From positions 107,605,948-107,669,947 of the forward strand of contig NC_068985.1 of the NCBI RefSeq assembly GCF_001194135.2: a stretch of DNA of 64,000 nucleotides, read 5' to 3'. The position numbers and the translations under genes are program-made. Under the pieces are notes generated by a model. The model searched no databases. It saw only the letters and a program-made list of their open reading frames with translations, and had not been told where the DNA came from. Of the stretch, positions 26,400 through 39,853 are shown piece after piece. The stretch comes from Octopus bimaculoides. Lineage: Eukaryota. Positions within the stretch are counted from its first letter, which is position 1. Each line of letters starts with the position of its first letter.

Positions 26400-26888
26400 A
26401 GATCATAGAGCTGACAGCAAAGGGAATCTCTCTTCAAATAATGGGTAGATTGCACAATGATTGTGTAGGAGTTGCAAGACAAAGGCATTAAACACTGAAG
26501 ATGTGTAACAAATGGAGAGAATGAAGCAAGCATACTCTGCTGGATGCGTGATGCTAGAGTGCATGAGGATGAGGGATGAGTTGAGAAAAAAAAACAGAGT
26601 AAAAGAGGAATCATAGTATGCGTAAAAGTGTATTATTATGGATATGTAATGTGCATGGATGATAAGAGATAGGCAAAGAAGTATCAAGTGGTTCTTGTAG
26701 AAGGAAACTGGAAAAGGAAGACCAAGGAAGACTTAGACAGAAGTGGTGGAGGATGATCTCAGGATGCAGAACTTCACAAAGGAAATGATAAAGAAATGCA
26801 ATAAGTGGCAGACTGCTTTGTTGGAGGAGACTTCTCCAACCCTTGCAAGAATGGAAAAACAGGCATATAAATGATGATCATGATGATG
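26400..26888 (+). mobile_element. RTE LINE 3' fragment, decayed
   Basis: Degenerate translation resembles the RTE C-terminus (KG.SL..GRL..CV...; G...GRP.KT..EVV..DL); it ends in a (GAT)n tail. Confidence 0.78.
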
Positions 26889-27194
26889 TATGTCGGCTGA
26901 GATTGCAGTCACCATTACTTCATGCAAGAACTTTGTACTTTTATCCACTAGAACCCAAGTAATCTATATTTCAGTTTCAGAATAGGTACCATCATGTTGC
27001 TGCGTGGGGTTGGCTGGGCCCATCCAGCCATAAAACATTACTATGTAAAAACCCATCCAACACATGTTAGCACAGAAAAGTGAATGCAAAAACAATAATG
27101 ACTAGGATAATGATGAACAAATAAAGATACAAATGAGCTTTTCTGCCAGGAACATTTACTATTTCATATTACTAATATTCTTTCTAAGTTTTGG

Positions 27195-27375
27195 CACAAG
27201 ACCAAGGAAAGAAGGGTTTACTTGATTCCACTGACCCCAGTATTCAATTGGTACTATTTTATCAACCCTGAAAGGATGAAAGGTAAAGTTAACTTTGGAA
27301 GCATTTAAACTCAGAACATGAAACCAGAAGAAATGCTGCTAAGCAATTTTCTGGTGTGCTAATGATTCTGCCAGT
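27195..27375 (-). mobile_element. tRNA-derived SINE, family E, decayed
   Basis: tggtactattttatcaaccctgaaaggatgaaaggtaaagt...tttaaactcagaac. Confidence 0.8.
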
Positions 27376-28693
27376 TCATATATTACTGATAATGACTTAT
27401 GCAAATACAAAGCCTGGCTTAATGATACTTAGCACTTTACTACAGAGTAAACTATCTAAAGTATCTGTCAACATTGGTTTACTACCATCACATATACTGT
27501 AGTGTTCTCTTTACTACAGTGTAAACTGTCAATGTTAGTCTAGTACTTCCCATAGTCACTAGCACCGAGACATGAATGAAAAGGCAGTAAGACAACTATA
27601 GATTACAATCTAAAAGTGTTCCAGTTCAAGATTTAGACACACTAATGATGTTAATTGTTTTGTTTGACCTTTAAAAAAACATGAAGTATCTTAAAATTGC
27701 AAGCCACTCACCCCTGTCAGCTGCCCCAGGATAATCATGTAATAGTCGTCTCCTACTGACATTTTGTATGATACTCTGAACTGGAAAGTTTTGTGCTAAT
27801 AAGTTCTACAATATTAATAATATCATTGTGTGAACAAGTGTGAGGTGTCAGCGCACCAAACGTTTTCTATGGCATTGACCATTATTCTATTATAGCAAGA
27901 ATAATTTAGAATAGCAATATAGGGGATTTAAAATTCTCTCTAAATGTTAAAATAAAATTACTATTTATTTATTTATTTTTGGAATTGTTTAGTTTACCAA
28001 AAGTGAATTCATTAATATTGAAAAAATATTAATGAAAACTTACCATCTATAATTATTACCACCAACTAGTAGTTGGTAATGGTTTATAAAAGTTCAAGTC
28101 TGAAAAAAAAAAAAGCCTCATTCTAGAAATATCAGCAAATATATCAGTAGAACCAGCATTGCATGTGTGACAGACTGAGCAACTACTGTTGGGGTTGGGA
28201 GATAACTATATGGAAGACTGGAGAATTAAGCGTTTTAGTTCATATCAATATGGAAAAAAAAAACAAATAAAAACTAATAACGATATCTAGAATGGTTTTA
28301 CTTGTTATTCTTATGATAAACATGAAGGAAAATCTTTACCCCATAGTAGATTACAAACAAAATGTAACCAAGTAAACTAATGAAAATAGCTGAAGAGAGA
28401 AAATGTCCACAATCATAGGATTACCAGACTAGCCAAAATAGGGACAAAAAGAAATTGTATGATCAAAGAAAAGTTTCTAGCAAATAAACACCATAATCTG
28501 GATTAAACTCCTGGCAAAAGACATTTCATTTTACTCTAAGCATAAGCTTCAAAGTTCTTTTTCTCCTATGAATCCATGAGTCTAGTCAAAAGAAACCAGC
28601 ATTACTTGTCAGAAGGCAATACAGTAGAGAGAAATGGACAAGTTAGAAAGCTGATGTATATTCTTTCTGCTACACAATGTCGAACAGACACAC

Positions 28694-28738
<45 letters not shown>

Positions 28739-29262
28739 NNNNNNNNNNNNNNNNNNNNNNNNNNNNNNNNNNNNNNNNNNNNNNNNNNNNNNNNNNNNNN
28801 NNNNNNNNNNNNNNNNNNNNNNNNNNNNNNNNNNNNNNNNNNNNNNNNNNNNNNNNNNNNNNNNNNNNNNNNNNNNNNNNNNNNNNNNNNNNNNNNNNNN
28901 NNNNNNNNNNNNNNNNNNNNNNNNNNNNNNNNNNNNNNNNNNNNNNNNNNNNNNNNNNNNNNNNNNNNNNNNNNNNNNNNNNNNNNNNNNNNNNNNNNNN
29001 NNNNNNNNNNNNNNNNNNNNNNNNNNNNNNNNNNNNNNNNNNNNNNNNNNNNNNNNNNNNNNNNNNNNNNNNNNNNNNNNNNNNNNNNNNNNNNNNNNNN
29101 NNNNNNNNNNNNNNNNNNNNNNNNNNNNNNNNNNNNNNNNNNNNNNNACACATTTTAAAAGAGAATAGCTGTCAATTTAATCAACCTCACCACTTTAGCC
29201 CTTTTCCAAAAAAGGAATAAAATCGGTCAACCCCAACAAGATTGGAACTTGGAAAGTAAATA

Positions 29263-29642
29263 GGCGCAAGAGTGGCTGTGTGGAAAGTAAGCTTGCTTAC
29301 CAACCACATGGTTCCGGGTTCATTCCCACTGAGTGGCACCTTGGGCAAGTGTCTTCTACTATAGCCTCGGGCCGACCAAAGCCTTGTGAGTGGATTTGGT
29401 AGACGGAAACTGAAAGAAGCCAGTCGTATATATGTATATATATATATGTGTGTGTGTGTGTCCCTAGCATTGCTCGACAACCGATGGTGGTATATTTACG
29501 TCCCCATAACTTAGCGGTTCGGCACAAGAGATAGATAGAATAAGTGCTAGGCTTACAAAGAATAAGTCCTGGGATCGATTTGCTCGACTAAAGGTGGTGC
29601 TCCAGCATGACCGCAGTCAAATGACTGAAACAAGTAAAAGAG
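29263..29642 (+). mobile_element. tRNA-derived SINE, family A, full length
   Basis: Colinear with 18374-18792. Confidence 0.95.
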
Positions 29643-31024
29643 GCATAATTACGGCAAAACATCACATCCATTACACCGCCACACATTGCCTTGGGTACAG
29701 ATCAAATGACTAACATGATGGATATTAAGTGCCATGTGATCTTTAATAAGTTCAAAAGGTACCTGCCTGCATGTAATCTTTAGAGGCTAGCAGTGAACAA
29801 TTGGAAAACAGAAATTTCAAGCATTCTGAGTTTCATATATGATGAACTTTCAGCTCTTTCTGAATTTTTTTTAATTACTAACAGATCTAAGAACTTCCCA
29901 TCCAGATTTTAATTTCATGCTTTCTCTCTTTTTAAGATTATTTTTTTATGCTGAGATGAATGTTGGTAACATGATGAAGTTGGCCCCAAATGAGTTCTTA
30001 TCTGCACATGAACTGCGTGCAAGCAAGCATGACTAGATGATAATCCATTAGTTTATTTTTTTTCCCCTACTGCAGAAGTAGATTTAAAGCTGTCAGGGAA
30101 AAGCTAAAATCCACAAACACGCACATGTAGTTATTTATTGAGATATTTTGCAAGGATAGTTATATCTGCCAAAATTTTAGATGGGAGATGGGAGAAGAGG
30201 CTACAAAAATTCTTTCAGAGATGATAAATACATTACTTACGAAGAGATAAATTGAATGAATTCTTCTAGATGTTAATGTAAATATTTAATTTAGATTATC
30301 AAAAAATACCGATCAAAGTGGAAAAGAAAATTAAATTCAAATATATCTCATATTTCAGCATAACTTATAATGTAAAGATTTGATAAAATTATATTTAAAA
30401 TATTAAAAATTACTTATTATCAAGACAAATTTATTTAATGTAAGATTTTAAAAATTACTACTATAATACACTATTTTAAAATGTCATGGTTTTGAAATCT
30501 TTAATCATGTCACCAAAAGGTGATGTACTCTTTTATAATAGAATATTATCAAAAAGATAGATGCACCTTCAAAGCTCACAGTTGGTGTTATTTGTAAATT
30601 ACTACTATTACCTTCCCATATATATATATATATATANNNNNNNNNNNNNNNNNNNNNNNNNNNNNNNNNNNNNNNNNNNNNNNNNNNNNNNNNNNNNNNN
30701 NNNNNNNNNNNNNNNNNNNNNNNNNNNNNNNNNNNNNNNNNNNNNNNNNNNNNNNNNNNNNNNGTGTGCGCGCGCGCGCTTTCTGCGTATATGATGAGGG
30801 CAAAGCATTTCTTGTGCAGAGCCAGAAATCTGGGGTCTGAAATTATCCAGTAATTTTTTTTGCTTGTTTATTTTGTCTCTTTATCTTCTCTCCTGGTGCT
30901 GTATGAACATTTAATGTGGTTTCAGAGTCAAGTTTTGGCTGCTATATCTAGCATGGAGGTATCTCTTAGATACCCTTAATTATAATTATATATATATATA
31001 TATATATATAATAAACAAATCATA

Positions 31025-31271
31025 GTTTCAATATCCACTTTTCCATGCTTGCATGGGTCAGACAGAATTTGTTGAGGTAGATTTTCTACAGCCAGCAAGG
31101 TAATATTACCCCATAGCTAGATATTTTCTTCAAGGAAGACTCGAAATGAGAGACTCTGGTTGTATGACAGTGATGCTCATTTATAACTGTCCTGCAGTGT
31201 CAAGACAAAGGCACACACACATGCACATAACACACACAACGGGTTTCTTTCAGTTTCCTTCTACCAGATCC
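31025..31271 (-). mobile_element. SINE family B 3' half
   Basis: tccacttttccatgcttgcatgggtcagacagaatttgttgaggtagattttctac. Confidence 0.85.
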
Positions 31272-34005
31272 TTTTTTATTGACATCATGAAAGGTGAAGT
31301 CGATCTCAGAGCATAGAGTCAGAACAAATGTCACAAGGCATCCTATTCAATGCTCTAACGCCTCTTCCAACTCACAGCTTATATATAATTCTAACTATAT
31401 ATAATACGTACATACAATACCTACATACAATACCAATTCTAATAGGTATTACTAATGTATTACAAATCATTCTCAACACTTTGCCAACCCAATGTTACTT
31501 TCAAACAAAATCTCAACAGCCCAAAGAAAAATAAATGAATGTTTAAGGTTGTAAAACAGAATTGAACTTCACATTTCTGGCTCTAAGTTCCAGTAGAGAA
31601 AATAGAAAATCATTCTGCCTCCAATGTTAAGAAATAAAAAAAGGGTTTTCAAACAAAAATAAATATAACTCGAATGAAATAAACATGTAGCTTTCATTTA
31701 AAATTTGTGAAATGTCACTTCCATCTGCTAAAAATAAACCCCCTTACAAATAAAGGAAACAGAGGTGATTTTTGGCTTAATCAAATGAAAATTCATGGAA
31801 ACTGATCTAAGACAGATAAAATGGAGAGAGAAAGAGAGAGAATCGGAAAGACAGGAAGAGACAGAGATAGAGAGAATCAAACAGACAGAGAAGGTGGAGG
31901 GGGGCAGCAGTGAAACCAGCAGGCAGAAGGAAATATGGAAGTACAGAATTATACTGTGGCTTAGTATGCTGTGATAGTATAATAGATCCCACCTCAGTCA
32001 CTATTGTACAAATAGGTAGAAAACAATTTATTAAAACTATTGGTTGATGGAATCAGAAAAGTGTTGGACAAAATATACGAAGTCAATAAAATTAGTACTA
32101 GATCGATTTTATCAAGTACACCATGTTACATACAAAATTTGAGCCCTTGTACCAAAGTTGGAAACCATCAGCATTATTTCAGTAGTATTGCTGTATTGTC
32201 AAAGATTTGTCTTTAGATTTGCTTTTGCTGTATTCCTGAAATAACATGTTAAGATTTTCCAAAAACTGGTCTTATATATCATAGTAATCACAAAAGTTTT
32301 GACTATGTCTCATATGAAATAACTTATTCAATATGCACATCCCCAAAATAATTATGATCCTTTGCATGCTAACATTGATTATCTTTTTAGTAATATTAAT
32401 GATGTAAGTGCAAAGGTTTTTCAGCTAGAATTTGAAACTGGTTTTCATATTTGGTTCACTTAGTCAATTTATTTTGACAAAAAGGAACTAAATTTATAGA
32501 GGTCAGATTTGACTGAATCAATCTCCCTTATGCTACTAGTATACACTTAGTAAGATGAAAGGTTAAAGACAACTGTAATGGTAAGTAACATCTCTGCTCT
32601 ATGTGATCATTTGACCTGCTAAAAATAACAGCCAAATCTCCTTTGAATCAAAATAATATCTTTAAAAAATGGAAGGACTTTAGAAAACATAGTCCTGATG
32701 TACTAAATTTTATTGCATAAAAGGCATAGTGACCAAAGCTAGGACACTTTGATCATAGGTCAGAGCTGACCTAGGGTTAAACAAAAGCATCCTATTTTAT
32801 ACAATCATAAATCATAGAGAGATAGTTGTTTATCACCTGACTATCAATTGAGAATACTGCAACAAATCTATTTTGTCCCTTTAAAGTGTTGATATTTACT
32901 AGAAGAAACATTTCTTGTCCTTTGAAGGTCAGTGCAATAAAAACATGGCAATTCTACTGCAATCAGTGCAAGCTTTCATAAAAACAGATTTTTTTTTAAC
33001 CAGGCTATGGAAAAATATAAAGCCTCACATGCAACCACACACATACAGCTGACAATAGTTTCAAGAATACTCTATTGATCTCTCCCCTTTCCACCTATTC
33101 CACCCCAACCCAAGAAAGTCCTGAAATGATGAAAGCAATAGAGCAGCTAACCATTGTAGACAACAATGATGAGTTTCATTTCATCCATCACTTTAGACTA
33201 AACTACAGCAAAGGAAATCACAAAGCTAGCAGCAATGAATAAATGATTGATAGAAAAGGTTGTTTCTTTATCACCATTAGCATCATCTCCATGAATAAAG
33301 ATATAGGCCAAAAGCAACATGAAAATAGAGATGTGAAAGCTGACAGAAAAACACAAAAAACTAAAACTATTTAGAATATAATTATTTGTTTGTATACAAA
33401 TCCAACCACCTTGCAGCAGAATGGGGAAAATATGAGTATAGAATAGTTTGCAATTAAAAAAAAAAAATGATAAGATTAAGATCATAGAGAGATTTGTATA
33501 ATGAGAACACTAACATGAGAACATATGTTAAAGATCTTAATGAGATGAAAGAATAAAAAGCCAAGTTGGATGAAAGCTGTATTATTAACAATAAAATAAC
33601 TGGAGCTGAAAAAAAACTATTAAATTCTGTCAACGAATCTCCTACATTGGATATCTTAAATTCATTCTCATTCTTCAGCTGAGTATTTTCAATAAAAAAT
33701 AACAAACACCGGCTCCTTCAGATTATTGTCTATTCATGAACTAATTACATTATCTTCACAAGAAGCAGTATAGTTCTTTGACAATCCTAAAGCCTGCCTG
33801 TGTGTCTCCTTGCTTCAAAACGATGTCATTGAGAAGTCCTTGCTGAACTCCCATTAATACAAAATTAATGAACCATAGCATGCGACTCCTTCCCCAACCA
33901 GGGTGGGTTCGACAAGTTCAGATGAACAACCCCATCAGAGTTCCATGCAAATGTAATTATCTATTTTAGCTTTGTGTTGTTTGCCAGCTAACGGTGGATC
34001 GTCCT

Positions 34006-34287
34006 CATTCTAACGTCCACTTTTCCATGCTTGTATGGGTCAGACAATTTGCTGATGCAGATTTTCCATTTGCATGACTGTGATGCTTCTTCACAATGTC
34101 AACAACAACACACACACACACACACACACACATGCAATGGACTTCTTTCAATTTCTGTCAACCAAATCTCACAAGCAGCAAGGGGTTATAGAAGGCACTT
34201 GTTCAAAGTGCTACACAGTAAGACTGAACCCAAAACCATGCAGTTGGGAAGTAAAGTTTTTCACTACACAGCCATGACTGTGCCTAT
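34006..34287 (-). mobile_element. SINE family B, internally deleted
   Basis: Reverse-complement tail and head with a (CA)n spacer. Confidence 0.82.
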
Positions 34288-34581
34288 CCATTTTAATAAT
34301 TGAGAACCCCAACCCCTCTAATTGAAATTCAAGCTATGCTCATCTATGTATATTGTCACCATTTTATATCCATGTTCAGGCTGTTTCACATTTGATAGAC
34401 TAGGATATTATTATTATTTCACTTGGAAACAAGTGGAGATTGACCATACAAAGGGCATCTACCAAGAGAAAACTCTGCTGCAAAACACTCTTGTCTGACT
34501 CATGCAAACATAATAGAGTAGATGTTTAAATGATGATGTGTGTGTACATGCGTGTTTGCCCTTTTAAACTGTATTATAATA

Positions 34582-34753
34582 GGCACAGAAGTGGCTGTGT
34601 GGTAAGTAGCTTGCTTACCAGCCACATGGTTCCGGGTTCAGTCCCACTGCATGGCACCTTGGGCAAGTGTCTTCTATTATAGCGTCAGGCCGACCAAAGC
34701 CTTGTGAGTGGATTTGGTAGACGGAAACTGAAAGAAGCCTGTCGTATGTATGA

Positions 34754-34795
<42 letters not shown>

Positions 34796-34974
34796 AACAT
34801 TGCTTGACAACCGATGGTGGTGTGTTTACATCCCCATAACTTAGCAGTTCGGCAAAAGAAACCAATAGAATAAGTACTAGGCTTACAAAGAATAAGTCCC
34901 TGGGTTGATTTGCTTGACTAAAGGCGGTGCTCCAGCATGGACACAGCCAAAATGACTGAAACTAGTAAAAGAAG
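34582..34974 (+). mobile_element. tRNA-derived SINE, family A, full length
   Basis: Colinear with the other family A copies. Confidence 0.95.
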
Positions 34975-35811
34975 AACAACAAAAAAAAAAAAATTAAAAA
35001 AAACCTACCTTAGACTAAGACATGATCTGATACATCAAAATTAAAGTACAAATAAACCAATAACAAGGAATCAATTTAAATGGCCATTCAACTTTTCCTT
35101 TTTCACTTGTGTGACTTATTGATTTACATTTACTTAACTGGTTTCTGCTAAAAAGTTAACATTACAAGGGCGAAGTCAAGGTGTTTATATGAAAGCAGAT
35201 ATTGAAGTAACTGATCATGGAAATAGTTTTAAACAGTCCTTTTACTCTTATCTAAGTCCTACAGTGATTCTTTGCAGTAAATATTTACAATAGAAGTTTA
35301 CAATCACAGTATACATTTGGTTGTTTTGTTTGCACTGAACTGACTGGTGGTTTCTTGCTCAGCTAAACACTGAACAACAATCTTTCACTATGGTTAGTTT
35401 GAGCAGATGACTGATTTGGAATTCTGGGTGACTTTTTTTTTGTTTAGTTTTTTAAAGCTTTAAAAGTTGAAAGAAAATTAACCTCAATCTTTTATGAAAA
35501 AGTGTGCAGCCATTGCGAAAAATTACCTTACTAGCAAACAGGTAAGGGTTGACAATAGGAAGGGCATATAAGGGCAGAAAATTTGCTTCAATGAATTCTC
35601 TCTTTCTGATTCCTGCAAGCATGGAAAAGTGGGTGCTTAATTGATGATGAGGAAGAGAGAGATTTAGGTAGGTCAGTAGATTTTTATCAACTTCAACTCC
35701 ATAGACCAATAATCAGTTCCAAAAGACTGTGACAAATTCCAGTTCATATGGTTTCAGGATTGAACCTGAAACTATATGGTTGGCAAGCAAGCTTCTTAAC
35801 TTACCAGCTAT

Positions 35812-36117
35812 ATACTCTTTACTCTTTTACTTGTTTCAGTCTTTTGACTGCGGCCATGCTGGAGCACCGCCTTTTGTCGAGCAAATCGACCCCAGGACTT
35901 ATTCTTTGGAAGCCTAATACTTATTCTATCGGTCTCTTTTGCCAAACCACTAAGTTACGGGGACGTAAACACACCAACATCGGTTGTCAAGTGATGTTGG
36001 GGGGACAAACATATACACACACATACGGCAGGCTTCTTTCAGTTTCCATCTACCAAATCCACTCATAAGGCTTTGGTTGGCCCGAGGCTATAGTAGAAGA
36101 CACTTGCCCAAGGTGCT
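35812..36117 (-). mobile_element. SINE family A, 5'-truncated
   Basis: tactcttttacttgtttcagtc...gacacttgcccaaggtgc. Confidence 0.93.
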
Positions 36118-36669
36118 TGCACTAATCTTGACTGAGAAGTCCTTATTAATTGCCTTCAATAAGGTTCGAGTTAAACATGCATTTTTTACTTTCCAGATAA
36201 TTTAAAATCAACAACTCTATATGGCTGGTGCAAATGTTTAAAGTTTATGTATGAGGACATGTTTAATCATCATCTCTATAGCACAGAAGTAAAATGTATA
36301 GTACCCAGAATGGGCAATGTTGAGAGATTATAAATGTATGTAATGATTGCTGAACACACGTTCTATGTCTTCTTATATACGGAAGGAAAAGTTTCAGTTT
36401 ATCTATAATTTTAAACATTTTTCTTATGAAGAACAGACAGACCTAATTTGTTTTCATCATATCATGTAGGTATTATCAAACAAATATTATTGGAAGATTA
36501 TCAGCATTATTTACATTTTTGGATATCTAACCACTATACATTTCACAACTTATAATTCACCTATAATATACAATTTATTCTAAGATATAAACAAGCAATG
36601 TCAGCTCTTAGACAATAAGAAATAAAACTAATGTTGATAAGCTCTCAAGTGTTTATGGCTTATATATGT

Positions 36670-36727
<58 letters not shown>

Positions 36728-37494
36728 ACATTATCAATGAAGATGTGAAAGTCATCTATCAATAATAAAACCTATCTGATAAGTATCAACTTTTAGAATA
36801 ATGGGTGGTAACCCTTTTATTACCAATATTTACATTGAAATACACTGCTTTTGTTTATATTCATTTTTTAAAATGAATATAGAATTCAGTAAAATAATTT
36901 CCATTATAAAACTGGTGTTTGGAACAACTTAGCGTGAAATTACAATGGAAGGTTTTAATTTAAATCTCTTTGAAGTTGGTATTGTGCAATCAAAGGCAGT
37001 CTAGGGTGATGTCTTGAAAGGGTTAAAAGATGATTATTAACTTTTAGTTTCTATAAATTTCTTCTGATTTGTCTTTTACATTACCAAGGTTCTTAGCTAC
37101 AAATGAATTTTGCTAAAAATGCCTGGAAACATGACAATGTAGCATGTTTATATCAATAGGAGTAATTTTCTTAGACATTTGTCATACTGACTTTTAATAG
37201 AAATGGATGGCTAAAACAACCCAAATATCCAATGTAGATCTATGCTCTTTCCTCTAGGTGTGCAGAGATTATTCAGAAAGTTATTGATGTCAAGACTAAA
37301 GGGATATTCAGTTTATTATGTTTTTCTTATCTTTTGGTGAAATTTTTTATTAAGTCACAGTTTAAACCTGATCCAAGAGACATAATCATAGACATTCCAA
37401 TCATGGGCATTTAATCTCATTCAAAATCCAACAAAAATATCATATAGTATCCTATTCCTAAGACAGCAGGGTATTATTATTATTTCAGGAAGAT

Positions 37495-37690
37495 ACAAGA
37501 TGATGTGCTGCTGGAATTATTAGCATGCCAGAAAAAATCTTTAGAAGCATTTTGCCCATCTTTACATTCTGGGTTCAAATTCTGACTTTGCCTTTTATCC
37601 TTCTGGGGTCAGAAAAATAAGTACCGGTTGAGCACTGGGGTTGATGTAGTAGACTAACCTCCTCCTCAAAATTTCAGGGGAACTTAAGGT
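37495..37690 (+). mobile_element. SINE family E, decayed
   Basis: ctgactttgccttttatccttctggggtcagaaaaataagtaccggttg. Confidence 0.8.
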
Positions 37691-37779
37691 TACTACTTCT
37701 AGTAGGCTTAGGCCTCAATGTAATGGCTCAGTGTTTTATGTTCGTTTTTTATAGTACTGTGAGCAACCTACAGCTTGTG

Positions 37780-38104
37780 ACAGGAGCACTCCGTCGGTTA
37801 CGACGACAAGGGTCCCAGCTGATACGATCAACAAAACAGCCTGCTCGTGAAATTAACGTGCAAGTGACTGAGCAATTTACAGACACGTGTACCCCTAACG
37901 TAGTTCTCAGGGAGATTCAGCATGACACAGAGTGTGACAAGGCCAGCCCTTTGAAAAACAGGTACTACTCATTTTTGCCAGCTGAGTGGACTGAAGCAAT
38001 GTGAAACAAAGTGTCTTGCTCAAGGATACAATGCATCGCCGGGAATTGAACTCACGACCTTATGATCGTGAACTGAATGCCCTAACCACTAAGCCACGTG
38101 CCTT
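37780..38104 (-). mobile_element. tRNA-derived SINE family D2 (3' half shared with D1, different 5' half)
   Basis: gcactccgtcggttacgacgac...gtgacaaggccagccctttgaa is shared with D1; the 5' half (gtgtcttgctcaagg...gggaattgaactcacgacc...aaccactaagcca) differs. Confidence 0.88.
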
Positions 38105-38242
38105 CATACTACTTGTGATAATGTCACAGAGTAGGGAGTCACCAGAAATGAAGTTTAGAACCTTGAGAGGGAGTGGGGGCCATTGAAAAACTTCTGAGGA
38201 CTACCAAGGCCTTTATGAAATGAAATTAATTAATGAAAATGT

Positions 38243-38697
38243 AGGAGCAGGCAGGACTGTTGTGGTTAAAAAGTTTGCTTCCCAACCACATGGTTTTAGG
38301 TTCAGTCCCAGTTACATCTTAGGCAAGTCTTCTTTATTATAATCTTGGCCCAACCACAGCCTTATGATTGGATTTGGTAGATGTAAACTGAAAGACATAT
38401 GTATATATGTATATGTATTTGTGTGTGCGTAAGTGTTTGTGTGAGTGAGTTTGTATTTCCCCCTCATATTTGCATGTTTGCTGGTTGTTGTTGTTGTTGT
38501 TGTTTTTGTTTTTAGTTCTCTGTATAATCATGTCCATGTTTGTTGTTGTTTGGCAGACCATGAAATTATTATCTTGCTTGGAAACAGGCAGGGATTGGAG
38601 TCATGAAGGGCATCTAGCCATAGCTCCAAACTCAGCTCCAAATTACTCCCACCTGATCCATGCAAGCATAGAGAAGTAGACATTAAAACAATGATGT
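38243..38697 (+). mobile_element. SINE family B, decayed
   Basis: Head, (TG)/(GTT)n spacer and tail present. Confidence 0.82.
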
Positions 38698-39303
38698 ACA
38701 GATTTTTTAGTGCAGAAGCCATATACTATAGTAGGAGTAAGGCTAAAAAACAAAAAAAAAAAAACAAACAAACAGTAATCCATCTTACTGAATAATCTTA
38801 CATCTAAGATAAATAATACAAGTGTTGTTTAATTTTAATAGTGAAAAAAAAAAAAAAAAAAAAGACAGCAATGCAGACAAATGGAGTTCTTCACTTCTAT
38901 TTGTGGTTAAGTTTCACTTATCCATTAAGTGGCAATTAGTGAAGTGTAGTAGAAAACTACTCTGGCAGAATCAATAACTGAAAACTTAAAACTACAGCAT
39001 AAAGATTAAAAGGAATCTTACATTACAAGATTAAAGCATCAATGATAATTCTTGGATTCAATAACAATAAAGCAAATAGATGGAATATAAATTATCAAGG
39101 CGGAAATAATATACTTCATATAGCGAAATACATAAGGAATCTACACACACAGCGTTCCTAACAGCTCAAAATAATATCGTAGTTGCCAACCAGAATATGA
39201 CAGTTCAAGTTATGTTTTCTTTGAGGAGGAAAAAGTTAAATTGGTGATTTATGCTTTATCTAAGTTATAACATCACAAATTTAGCATGTGGATTTTTATA
39301 TAT

Positions 39304-39653
39304 ATACTCTCTTTTTACTCTTTTACTTGTTTCAGTCATTTGACTGCGGCCATGCTGGAGCACCGCCTTTTAGTCGAGCAAATCGACCCCAGGACTTATT
39401 CTTTGGAAGCCTAGTACTTATTCTATCGATCTCTTTTGCCGAACCGCTAATGTTACAGGGATGTAAACACACCAGCATCGGTTGTTAAGTGATGGTGGGG
39501 GGACAAACACAGACACAAATTTACACACACACACACATATATATATACGACAGGCTTCCTTCAGTTTCCATCTACCAAATCCATTCACAAGGCTTTGGTC
39601 GGCCCAAGGCTAAAGCAGAAGACATTTGCCCAAGGTGCCACGTGGTGGGACTG
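39304..39653 (-). mobile_element. SINE family A (5' end in gap)
   Basis: Colinear reverse-complement copy. Confidence 0.93.
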
Positions 39654-39853
39654 NNNNNNNNNNNNNNNNNNNNNNNGGCACACACAAATATTGGGTTTGA
39701 AACAGATAACTACAATTTTTCTTTTTTTCTTTGTCAAATAAGTCAGGCATGGCTGTGTGGTTAAAAGTTCACTTCCCAACCATGTAATTTTGGGTTCAGT
39801 CCCAGTGTGGCACCTTACTGCACTCTAGCTCCAGGTTAACCAAAGCCTTGAGT

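Larger units (their letters stand above)
26259..28099 (-). other. Tentative three-exon chain of an unidentified minus-strand host transcript (28044-28099, 27712-27775, 26259-26293)
   Basis: Canonical donors gtaagt, gtgagt and gtaagg with AG acceptors; phases join to give MSIIQNVSRRRLLHDYPGAADRVTLMGLRNYNFQ. I do not recognise the peptide and could not find the next in-phase exon. Confidence 0.25.

Noticed and set aside
33198-33485. Hydrophobic 95-aa ORF with a good internal acceptor
   Set aside because: Hydrophobicity is expected from T-rich DNA; no recognisable family and no donor before the stop.
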